Source: Telmatospirillum sp.
GTDB lineage: Bacteria; Pseudomonadota; Alphaproteobacteria; CACIAM-22H2
Assembly (NCBI GenBank): GCA_020248985.1
Contig: JADCGL010000039.1
Location: 6,645 to 70,644, forward strand
Direction of reading: 5' to 3'
Length of the DNA stretch: 64,000 nt
A program made the translations under genes and the position numbers. Numbering within the stretch: position 1 is the first letter of the stretch; each line of letters begins with the position of its first letter. Shown in pieces: positions 19,701 through 27,482 of this stretch. Under the pieces are notes generated by a model, which made no database searches, was not told the DNA's origin, and was given only the letters and a program-made list of their open reading frames with translations.

Positions 19701-20522
19701 TTATTTCTTGGCGCGCACGGCCGAAATCTCGTCGCGCAACCGGTGCACGATGTCCACGAATTCTGGTTTGAACGCGTCTTCCGGCGTCCGGGGGCGTGCA
19801 AAATCGACCGGATTGGTCGAAATGATGCGCCCGGGGCGCGCGCTCATCATGAAGACGCGGTCCGAGAGATACACGGCCTCGCGCAGATCGTGGGTGATCA
19901 GCATCACGGTCGGCCGCTTTTTGATCCAAAGGGCTTGGACGACATCCCACAATTCCTCGCGCGTGAAGGCGTCGAGGGCGGCGAAGGGTTCGTCAAGCAG
20001 CAGCAATTCGGGGCTGTGGATCAAGGCGCGGCACAGCGAGCCGCGCTGCTGCATGCCGCCCGACAATTGCCATGGAAACTTCTCTTCGAACCCCGACAGG
20101 CCAACTGTCGCGAGCAGCTCCTTGGCGGCAGCTACATGCTTATCGCGATCGCGCCGGAAGGTTCGGGCATGCGGTTCGACGATCTCGAGCGGCAGCAACA
20201 CATTGTCGATCAGCGTGCGCCACGGCAGCATGATCGAATTCTGGAAGGCCATGCCGCAAATCTTGAGCGGCCCGGTCACCTCGGTGCCGCCGACTATGAC
20301 ATTGCCGGTGGTCGCCGTGTAGAGACCGGAAACGAGCTTCAGCAGAGTCGATTTGCCGCATCCCGACGGCCCGACCACTGACACGAATTCGCCCTTGGCG
20401 ATTTTGACGTCGGCATCCTTGAGGGCGAGCGTGTCGCCATCTTTGGTGCGATAAACGAGGCTCACGCGGTCGATATCGACAAAATCCTTGGCGCCAATGT
20501 TGTTTGTCGCAATGTCTGCCAC
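19701..20522 (-). CDS. NitT/TauT-type ABC transporter ATP-binding protein (no partner genes adjacent)
   Basis: GPSGCGKST, LPWRT, LSGGMQQR, LLLDEPFAALDAFTRE, ITHDLREAVYLSD. GTG start with GGAGG 9 nt upstream. Confidence 0.9.
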   Translation of the reverse strand: MADIATNNIGAKDFVDIDRVSLVYRTKDGDTLALKDADVKIAKGEFVSVVGPSGCGKSTLLKLVSGLYTATTGNVIVGGTEVTGPLKICGMAFQNSIMLPWRTLIDNVLLPLEIVEPHARTFRRDRDKHVAAAKELLATVGLSGFEEKFPWQLSGGMQQRGSLCRALIHSPELLLLDEPFAALDAFTREELWDVVQALWIKKRPTVMLITHDLREAVYLSDRVFMMSARPGRIISTNPVDFARPRTPEDAFKPEFVDIVHRLRDEISAVRAKK

Positions 20523-20579
20523 GAGATCGAGCCTCCAGCCTGCTGTGTCGCGAACCGTTCGAAAACTTCTCTCTGTTAG

Positions 20580-20594
20580 GCAAGCTTCGTGCCG
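20580..20594 (-). promoter_or_regulatory. Sigma54 (-24/-12) promoter for the ABC ATPase gene
   Basis: Minus strand CGGCACGAAGCTTGC vs consensus TGGCACG-N4-TTGC: one mismatch, correct spacing, ~58 nt upstream of the start. Confidence 0.7.
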
Positions 20595-20714
20595 CCCATG
20601 TGCGGTCTTGCCTTTTCGCTTTTGACGTTCGGTTTGCACAATAAAGAGACGATTTGCAAACAAAATAAGCGTTTCTGGCTGCTCTTGTCGCTGCCGGAAT
20701 GAGCATCTATGGTG

Positions 20715-20756
20715 CGCTGCAGCGAATTGAAGCCAACTTCACCTGCGGAAACAGCG
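20715..20756 (+). promoter_or_regulatory. Structured leader covering the uraH RBS; candidate NMT1/xanthine riboswitch variant
   Basis: CGCTG...CAGCG outer stem and TGAAG-CCAA-CTTCA inner stem, with AGCG on the 5' side and CGGAAA on the 3' side. Ends immediately before ATG 20757. Confidence 0.35.
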
Positions 20757-21110
20757 ATGGCCAAACTCTCAACCCATATTCTCGACACGATGCACGGCAA
20801 ACCCGCTGCTGGCGTGCGCGTCGAATTGTGGCGCGTCGCGGACGCCGCCCCGGTGCTCGTCGCCGACTATCGCACCAACAAAGATGGTCGAACCGACAAG
20901 CTGCTGATGGGTCCGGATGCCTTCAAGGCGGGGCGCTACGAACTGCGCTTCCATATCGGCGCCTATTTTCGCGATATGGGCGTCGCTCTGCCGGATCCGG
21001 CCTTCCTCGACATCGTGCCGATCCCGGTTGGATTCGCCGAGGCGGACGGGAACTATCACGTGCCGCTGCTGGTCAGCCCGTGGAGCTACTCCACGTATCG
21101 CGGCTCCTAA
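20757..21110 (+). CDS. uraH: 5-hydroxyisourate hydrolase (transthyretin-like)
   Basis: LSTHILD...GKPA, TNKDGR, YHVPLLVSPWSYSTYRGS; no signal peptide. Confidence 0.96.
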   Translation: MAKLSTHILDTMHGKPAAGVRVELWRVADAAPVLVADYRTNKDGRTDKLLMGPDAFKAGRYELRFHIGAYFRDMGVALPDPAFLDIVPIPVGFAEADGNYHVPLLVSPWSYSTYRGS

Positions 21111-21125
21111 AGGGAACGGAACAGA

Positions 21126-22037
21126 ATGCTGCAGCTGCTGCCGGAATGGCTCGATATGATCGTGCGCTGGACTCATGTGATCACGGGCATCGCGTGGATC
21201 GGCTCATCGTTCTATTTCAACTGGCTTGAATCAAAATTCCGCGCACCCGAAGTGCCGCGCGACCGTGTCGAAGGCGAAACTTGGCTCGTGCATGGCGGCG
21301 GCTTCTACCGCGTCGAGAAATTCGCCGTGGCGCCGCCCACGCTACCTGCCGAATTGCATTGGTTTAAATGGGAAGCAGCCTTTACCTGGATCTCGGGTGT
21401 GCTGCTGCTGTCGCTCGTCTACTACGTGGGCTCGGGCGGCTCGTTTCTGACGCATCCGTTTTTTGCGCAATTCGGCACGTTGGGGGCTGCCGTCTTTTCG
21501 CTCGGCGTGATCGCGTTTTGTTGGATCCTCTACGACCAGATGTGGAAGACCGCCTGGGCGGAAGGCAATTCATTCGCGGCGACGGTTGCGACGTTTCTGG
21601 GCTTCGTGCTGCTCGCCTATCTGCTCACGCGCGTGATGGCGCCGCACGCCGCCTATATCCATGTGGGGGCGGTCATCGGCACGATCATGACCGCCAATGT
21701 GTGGCTCATCATTCTGCCCAACCAGCGCGAACTGGTCGATTCGACGCGCGAGGGCCGCACGCCGCAGTATCGGTTCGCCAATCAGGCGAAGTTCCGCTCG
21801 CTGCACAACAATTATTTCACGCTGCCGATTATCTTCATCATGCTTTCGAAGAATTACGGCAGCACTTGGGGCCACGAATGGAACTGGGCGCTTTTGGCAG
21901 GTCTTGCCTGCGTCGGGGCAAGCGTCCGCCACGTGTTCAATCTGCGCAACAAAGGCCGCGGCGATGCGGGCTTCTGGATCATGCCCGCCGCCGCCGTCGG
22001 CATGGTGGGTCTGTTCTACGTCGCGGCCAAAATGTGA
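21126..22037 (+). CDS. puuD: Urate hydroxylase PuuD, membrane domain only (no cytochrome c domain)
   Basis: RWTHVITGIAWIGSSFYF, WLVHGGGFY, LHWFKWEA, IGTIMTANV, RSLHNNYFTLP; directly after uraH; 303 aa with no CxxCH. Confidence 0.88.
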   Translation: MLQLLPEWLDMIVRWTHVITGIAWIGSSFYFNWLESKFRAPEVPRDRVEGETWLVHGGGFYRVEKFAVAPPTLPAELHWFKWEAAFTWISGVLLLSLVYYVGSGGSFLTHPFFAQFGTLGAAVFSLGVIAFCWILYDQMWKTAWAEGNSFAATVATFLGFVLLAYLLTRVMAPHAAYIHVGAVIGTIMTANVWLIILPNQRELVDSTREGRTPQYRFANQAKFRSLHNNYFTLPIIFIMLSKNYGSTWGHEWNWALLAGLACVGASVRHVFNLRNKGRGDAGFWIMPAAAVGMVGLFYVAAKM

Positions 22038-22055
22038 TCGCGAATTTCGTCGGCG

Positions 22056-22073
22056 CTGTAACGTTCCTGTAAT
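22056..22073 (+). promoter_or_regulatory. Pho box (PhoB site) upstream of phoX
   Basis: CTGTAAC-GTTC-CTGTAAT, the 7-4-7 direct repeat matching CTGTCAT-N4-CTGTCAY, ~54 nt upstream of phoX. Confidence 0.75.
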
Positions 22074-22126
22074 GCCGGGTTGGTATCCAAGCGGGGTCCA
22101 GATTCCCCCACGTGGAGGCCTCCCCA

Positions 22127-24151
22127 ATGAATCCGAAGGATTATGCAACGCTCGCTGCGCGCCCGGAATATGCCGGGATGACGATGGGCGAACTCTACGA
22201 AGTCTCCGAAGACATCCCGTCGAACCCGACCGCAAACACGACGATCGGCGACGTGATCGCCGCCCGCCTCGGGCGCCGTGATCTGATGGGCGGGCTGCTC
22301 GCGACGACGGCGATAGCCGCCTATGCCGGCTCGATCGAAGGTGCGGCCGCGCAGAGCGCTGCCAAGCCGACCTTCAGCTTCACCGAAATCGAACATGGCG
22401 TCGACGAGAAGCATCACGTCGCCCCAGGCTACACGGCCGACATTCTGATCCGCTGGGGCGATCCCTTGTTTACGATCGCGGCCGATTTCGATCCGGCGAA
22501 CCAGACGGGCGCCAAGCAGCTCACCCAGTTCGGCTACAATTGCGACTATGTCGGCTTGGCTCCGCTGCCGATGGGCGGCAACACGGCCACCCAGGCGTTG
22601 ATGTGCGTTAACCACGAATACACGAGCCCAGAGCTCATGTTCCGAAACGTCATGCAGCCCGACGGCCGCCCCGACATGTCGAAGATGACGAAGGAAATCT
22701 GCGACGTCGAAATGGCCGCCCATGGCGGTTCGATCGTGGAAATCCGCAAGGGCACGAACGGCAAGTGGAGCTATGTGCGCGGCGGCCAGATGAATCGCCG
22801 CATCACGGCCTTGACGCCGATGCGCATTTCGGGTCCTGCGGCAGGCCACGACCGCCTGAAGACGTCGGCCGACACGACGGGCCGTGCCGTCATGGGGACC
22901 ATCAACAACTGCGCTGGCGGCATGTCGCCGTGGGGCACCTACCTGATGGCCGAGGAAAATTTCCACGGCTATTTCAACGGCACGCTCCCGGCAGGCCACG
23001 CCGAAACGGTCAACCATCGCCGCTACGGCGTGCCGTCGGGCTGGTACGCGTGGGGCACGCACTATGACCGCTTCAACGTCGGCAAAGAGCCCAACGAGCC
23101 GAACCGTTTCGGCTGGATCGTCGAAGTCGATCCGTACGACCCGAACTCCGTGCCGGTGAAGCGCACGGCCTTGGGCCGCAGCAAGCACGAAGGTGCCGAG
23201 ACGATCGTTGCGCCCAACGGCCGCGTGGTCGTCTATTCGGGCGACGACGAGCGCTTCGAATACGCGTTCAAGTTCGTAACCGCCGGCCGCTTCGACCGGA
23301 ACAACCGCCAGGCCAACATGAACTTGCTCGACGAAGGCACGCTTTACGTTGCCAAGTTCAATGCCGACGGTTCGGGCGAATGGCTGCCGCTGGTGCATGG
23401 CCAAGGCCCGCTCACCGCGGCCAACGGCTTCAACAGCCAGGCCGACGTGCTGATCGAAGCGCGCCGGGCTGCCGACGTGATCGGTGCGACCAAGATGGAC
23501 CGCCCCGAAGACTTCGAAGCCAATGCGCGCACGGGCAAGGTCTATCTGGCGCTCACCAACAACAACCAGCGTACGGCCGCCCAGGTCGATCCGTCCAATC
23601 CGCGTGCGGAAAACAACTGGGGCCATCTGATCGAGTTCAGCTACGCGAACAACGACCAGACGGCGACGCGCTTCCGCTGGGAAATCCTGGTGCGTTGCGG
23701 CAACCCGGCCAATCCGGCCGTGAATGCCATGTACAATCCGGCCACCAGCAAAAACGGCTGGTTCGCGTGCCCCGACAACCTCGCGATCGATCCGCGCGGC
23801 CGCCTGTGGGTCGGCACCGACCAGGGTACGGCGTGGAAGCCTGCTTCGGGTACGGCCGATGGCGTCTACGCGATGGAAACCGAAGGTCCGCTGCGCGGCA
23901 CGTCGAAGATGTTTTTCCGCGTGCCGGTCGGTGCGGAAATCTGTGGCATCAACTTCACCTCGGATACGCAGGCCATGACGATCGCCGTGCAGCATCCCGG
24001 CACGGACGGTGCGCGCGACTACGCGCCGTTCGGCAAGCTGCCGACCTACGACGAAGTGCCGACCCGTTGGCCCGACTTCCAGGCCAACGTGCCGCCGCGT
24101 CCGTCGGTCGTGATGGTCACCAAAAACGGCGGCGGGCAGATCGGCGTCTAA
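22127..24151 (+). CDS. phoX: PhoX family alkaline phosphatase, Tat-exported
   Basis: Twin-Arg GRRDL, VNHEY, NNCAGG..PWGTYLMAEEN, KRTALGRSKHE, MDRPED, PDN, VQHPG, PRPSV; GGAGG SD. Confidence 0.95.
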   Translation: MNPKDYATLAARPEYAGMTMGELYEVSEDIPSNPTANTTIGDVIAARLGRRDLMGGLLATTAIAAYAGSIEGAAAQSAAKPTFSFTEIEHGVDEKHHVAPGYTADILIRWGDPLFTIAADFDPANQTGAKQLTQFGYNCDYVGLAPLPMGGNTATQALMCVNHEYTSPELMFRNVMQPDGRPDMSKMTKEICDVEMAAHGGSIVEIRKGTNGKWSYVRGGQMNRRITALTPMRISGPAAGHDRLKTSADTTGRAVMGTINNCAGGMSPWGTYLMAEENFHGYFNGTLPAGHAETVNHRRYGVPSGWYAWGTHYDRFNVGKEPNEPNRFGWIVEVDPYDPNSVPVKRTALGRSKHEGAETIVAPNGRVVVYSGDDERFEYAFKFVTAGRFDRNNRQANMNLLDEGTLYVAKFNADGSGEWLPLVHGQGPLTAANGFNSQADVLIEARRAADVIGATKMDRPEDFEANARTGKVYLALTNNNQRTAAQVDPSNPRAENNWGHLIEFSYANNDQTATRFRWEILVRCGNPANPAVNAMYNPATSKNGWFACPDNLAIDPRGRLWVGTDQGTAWKPASGTADGVYAMETEGPLRGTSKMFFRVPVGAEICGINFTSDTQAMTIAVQHPGTDGARDYAPFGKLPTYDEVPTRWPDFQANVPPRPSVVMVTKNGGGQIGV

Positions 24152-24340
24152 GCCAGTCCTGTCTCCGGCCGATCTTGGCGGGCCGACTTCGCAAATCGCG
24201 GGGTTGGCCCGCTTGTTTTCGAAAATATGTTTAATTTCAATAGTTCGAATAGGAAGTGGGCTGGCGCTTGAAATCGACAAAAATCGCACGAAGTTGCTTG
24301 GGCGGCATTCCAGGCCGCTGCGAGCGGAAGGATTGTTGCG

Positions 24341-24964
24341 ATGGATACGTTTGTCGATGCGGTGCAGCCCCAAAGCGAAGGCCGTCCCTGTGACCGCCCG
24401 ACGCGCGCCGAAGCCGAAGCCGCCGTGCGGACATTGCTGCGCTGGACCGGCGACGACGTCGCGCGCGAGGGTTTGATCGACACGCCCGCGCGCGTCGTGC
24501 GCGCCTACGAAGAATTCTTCCAAGGCCACGAGATCGACCCCGTCGATCTGCTGCAGCGTACCTTCGAGGAAACCGACGGCTACGACGAAATGGTCGTGCT
24601 GCGCGACATCGGCTTCGAAAGCCATTGCGAGCACCACATGGTTCCGATCGTCGGCAAGGCGCATATCGCCTATCTGCCGAACAAGCGCGTCGTCGGCATT
24701 TCCAAGCTCGCGCGCGTGCTCGACGCCTATGCCAAGCGCCTGCAGATCCAGGAAAAGCTCACGGCCCAAATCGCCAATGCGATCCAGGACGTGCTGGCGC
24801 CCAAGGGGGTCGCGGTCGTGATCCAGGCGCAGCACCAATGCATGACGACGCGCGGCGTGCATAAGACCGGCGTGTCGATGGTGACGTCGCGCATGCTCGG
24901 CGTGTTCCGAAACAATCCATCGACGCGGCGCGAATTTCTGTCGATGATTGGGCAGGGCGCGTAG
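24341..24964 (+). CDS. folE: GTP cyclohydrolase I
   Basis: [38 protein letters not shown]. Confidence 0.97.
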   Translation: MDTFVDAVQPQSEGRPCDRPTRAEAEAAVRTLLRWTGDDVAREGLIDTPARVVRAYEEFFQGHEIDPVDLLQRTFEETDGYDEMVVLRDIGFESHCEHHMVPIVGKAHIAYLPNKRVVGISKLARVLDAYAKRLQIQEKLTAQIANAIQDVLAPKGVAVVIQAQHQCMTTRGVHKTGVSMVTSRMLGVFRNNPSTRREFLSMIGQGA

Positions 24965-25028
24965 ACGCCGCGAGTCAAGGCCGGTTATTGCGGCCCCTTG
25001 CGCGCGGTTCCGCGCGCGGAGGGATTGA

Positions 25029-25562
25029 ATGGCTGCGCGTCTCGTGGCGCTATTTTTGCTTTTCGTTGCGCTCGATGCTGGCGCGCAGACCCCGTCTGCC
25101 GCACCGCAAGCGGTAACCTACGAGCACGGCCTCAAAGCGTATCTTGAAGGCGACCACGCTGCTGCATGGTTCGCTTGGCTGGGCTTGGCCGAGGCGGGCG
25201 ATGCGGAAGCCCAATTCTCGATGGGGCATCTCTATCGCGCGGGCGAAGGCGTGCCGCGCGATGCGGCGATTGCGGCCGATTGGTTCTCGCGCGCGGCAGC
25301 TCAAGGCCACGGCCATGCGATGCTCAATCTTGCCTTGATGCACGAGCAAGGGGCGGGCGTGCCGCGCGATCTGGCCCTTGCTTACGCCTATGCCGCCAGG
25401 GCCGGGCGCATCCTTGAGGGCGAGAATTTCGAGCGCGCACGCAGTGCGGCCGCCCGTATCGCACTAGGCTTTCAGCCCAGCGACGCCGAGCGCGCACGCC
25501 GTCTGCTGATCGAGATGGATCGCCGCCAGCCGCTGCCCGCGCGCAGCCCCGTACGGCGCTAG
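25029..25562 (+). CDS. Secreted Sel1-like repeat protein
   Basis: Signal peptide; AQFSMGHLYRAGEGVPRD...WFSRAAAQG and AMLNLALMHEQGAGVPRD repeats. Confidence 0.88.
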   Translation: MAARLVALFLLFVALDAGAQTPSAAPQAVTYEHGLKAYLEGDHAAAWFAWLGLAEAGDAEAQFSMGHLYRAGEGVPRDAAIAADWFSRAAAQGHGHAMLNLALMHEQGAGVPRDLALAYAYAARAGRILEGENFERARSAAARIALGFQPSDAERARRLLIEMDRRQPLPARSPVRR

Positions 25563-25566
25563 ACGG

Positions 25567-26358
25567 CTATTTGCCGGCGAATTTCGCCGGGCGCTTTTCG
25601 AGGAAGGCCGCAACACCCTCGCGGAAATCGGCCGTCGCGAACAAGGCGGCGAAGGCCTTGCGCTCGAACAGCAGACCTTGTTCGAGCGGAACGTCGCGCG
25701 CGGCACGCACCAGTTCCTTGCCGAGCCGCACGGCAAGGGCGGGCTTGGCCGCGATCTTGGCGGCAAGTGCAACGGCGCGCGCTTGGCAGGCATCGTCGGC
25801 GACCGTCTCGGCCACGAGGCCGCATTGTTTGGCCTCCGTAGCGTCGATCGTTTCGCCTGCTAATACGAGTTTCATGGCGATCTGCGGGCCTGCCAAGCGT
25901 GCCAGAATCTGCGTGCCGCCCGCACCGGGTACGAGGCCGAGATTGATCTCGGGCTGGCCGAATTTGGCGCCTGTGCCGGCCACGACGATGTCCGCACTCA
26001 TTGCGAGTTCGCATCCGCCGCCCAGCGCCAAACCGTTGACGGCGGCAACGATGGGTTTGGGAAACCGCCGGATGCGTTGCCAATGGCCGACCCGCGCATC
26101 GTCGAGGGCACCAGCCGTGTCGCGGGTGGCGAGTTCTTTGATATCGGCCCCGGCCGCGAAAATCGCAGGCCCGCCGGTCAGTACAACCGCGTGAACCGCG
26201 GGATCGGCGCTGGCTGCGTCGAGCGCATCGGCAACGGCGCCCAGCAAGGCGGTGCTGAGCGCATTGCGCGCCGTCGGGCGGTTTAAGGTGAGGCGCAGAA
26301 CGCCCGGCTCGGGCGTATCGTGCAGCAATTCGGGGGCAGGCGGTTGCGGTGCGGTCAT
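25567..26358 (-). CDS. Enoyl-CoA hydratase (PaaF-like)
   Basis: LNRP..RNAL, FAAGADI, ALGGGCEL, FGQPEINLG, GAGGTQ, EGVAAFLEKR. Confidence 0.92.
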   Translation of the reverse strand: MTAPQPPAPELLHDTPEPGVLRLTLNRPTARNALSTALLGAVADALDAASADPAVHAVVLTGGPAIFAAGADIKELATRDTAGALDDARVGHWQRIRRFPKPIVAAVNGLALGGGCELAMSADIVVAGTGAKFGQPEINLGLVPGAGGTQILARLAGPQIAMKLVLAGETIDATEAKQCGLVAETVADDACQARAVALAAKIAAKPALAVRLGKELVRAARDVPLEQGLLFERKAFAALFATADFREGVAAFLEKRPAKFAGK

Positions 26359-26374
26359 GGATTCAAAGCTAGCA

Positions 26375-26411
26375 CAAAACGAAACCCCCGCTGGGCGGGA
26401 CCCAGCGGGGG
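26375..26411 (-). terminator. Rho-independent terminator closing the small extended-SD transcript
   Basis: 11-bp perfect stem (+ strand CCCCCGCTGGG/CCCAGCGGGGG, 26385-26411), followed on the minus strand by TTTCGTTTTG. Confidence 0.8.
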
Positions 26412-26441
26412 ATGGATCGAATGCCGTAAGGGAGTGACCCT

Positions 26442-26561
26442 TTACGCCACGTCGGAGGCGATCGATTGGTTCGTCGTCCGCACGCGGCCTGCTTCGAATT
26501 TCTCCAAAGCGGTCACGGCAAGCCCCGGCCCGAAGCCGGAATTGAACGATCCTAAGCGCAC
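26442..26561 (-). CDS. 39-aa small ORF with 17-nt extended Shine-Dalgarno and GTG start (rreB-like)
   Basis: Minus strand GAAAGGAGGTGATCCAG-TG, then (M/V)RLGSFNSGFGPGLAVTALEKFEAGRVRTTNQSIASDVA*. Has its own promoter-like sequence and terminator. Confidence 0.65.
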   Translation of the reverse strand: MRLGSFNSGFGPGLAVTALEKFEAGRVRTTNQSIASDVA

Positions 26562-26708
26562 TGGATCACCTCCTTTCGTAGCGGCGCCCGGTCCGCGATC
26601 CCGCGCGGATGTCGTATCGGGGGCCGGAAGGGCGAATTGGGCCGCCCACCCTATCCGGTCAACCGGGTTGCCAAGAGGTCCCGAATCGGCCGGACTATCG
26701 ACTTGAGA

Positions 26709-26739
26709 ATCATGCGGGAATCGGACTCCGGCGGTCAAG
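26709..26739 (-). promoter_or_regulatory. Putative sigma70-type promoter of the small transcript, GANTC-rich
   Basis: Minus strand CTTGACC-N18-CATGAT; GANTC sites at 26683, 26707, 26718, 26724. Confidence 0.5.
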
Positions 26740-26786
26740 CCCCGGATTGTGACAAGTGGTTCCCGGACCGAATTCGGCCGGGTTTG

Positions 26787-27482
26787 TCACACACCCAGAT
26801 AGCGATGCTGGATCGCCGGTTCCTGCGCCAGCGCGGCCGACGTGCCTTGCCAGACGACGCGGCCTTTTTCGATCACGACATGGCGGTCGGCAAGCTTCAG
26901 CAGCGATTCGAGATTCTTGTCGATGACGAGGATCGCTTGGCCTTCGCGCTTGAGGGCCGCCAGGCAGCGCCAGATTTCCTGGCGCACGAGCGGGGCAAGA
27001 CCCTCGGTCGCTTCGTCGAGAATGAGAAGCTTCGGGTTCGTCATCAAGGCGCGGCCGATCGCGAGCATTTGCTGCTCGCCGCCCGACAATTGATTGCCCA
27101 TGTTGCCAGCGCGCTCGGCCAGACGCGGGAAATAGCCGTGCACCTTGTCGAGCGTCCAGCCGCTGTTGCCGAGCCCGCGCGCCGTCGCCACGAGATTTTC
27201 GCGTACCGTGAGATTGGGGAAAATCTGGCGGCCTTCGGGAACGAGGCCAATACCGGCCTGGGCCACGCGATAGGCGGGAAGCCTCGTAACGTCGGTGCCG
27301 TCGAAGCGCACGCGACCCGCCTGTGGCTTCGCAAGTCCCATGATCGAGCGCACGGTCGTGGTCTTGCCCATGCCGTTGCGGCCCAGCAGCGTCACGACCT
27401 CGCCCGCTTCGACCTTGAAGCCGACGCCGAATAGCACCTGGCTTGCGCCGTAGCTGGTTTCGATGGCTTCGAGCTCAAGCAT
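26787..27482 (-). CDS. HAAT/Liv-type ABC transporter ATP-binding protein (LivF-like)
   Basis: GRNGMGKTT, VPEGRQIF, LSGGEQQMLAIGRAL, LDEATEGLAP. Confidence 0.93.
   Translation of the reverse strand: MLELEAIETSYGASQVLFGVGFKVEAGEVVTLLGRNGMGKTTTVRSIMGLAKPQAGRVRFDGTDVTRLPAYRVAQAGIGLVPEGRQIFPNLTVRENLVATARGLGNSGWTLDKVHGYFPRLAERAGNMGNQLSGGEQQMLAIGRALMTNPKLLILDEATEGLAPLVRQEIWRCLAALKREGQAILVIDKNLESLLKLADRHVVIEKGRVVWQGTSAALAQEPAIQHRYLGV

Noticed and set aside
20664-20704. Second, tandem NMT1-like aptamer (AUAAGCG...CCGGAAU)
   Set aside because: Has similar words but no closing P1 stem and a weak inner stem; probably promoter DNA.
22016-24862. 948-aa minus-strand ORF and similar long antisense ORFs (10673-12826, 14259-16226, 46876-48519, 50905-52869, 60176-62362)
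   Set aside because: Shadow frames opposite well-supported genes in high-GC, codon-biased DNA; no recognisable motifs.
26561-26577. 16S rRNA gene or fragment
   Set aside because: Only the last 17 nt match. The upstream 16S helix-45 sequence is absent, so an extended SD on the opposite strand explains it better.
26442-26738. 98-aa ORF from the ORF track
   Set aside because: Its TTG start lies in the putative -35 element with no SD. Only the last 39 codons after the extended SD are credible.
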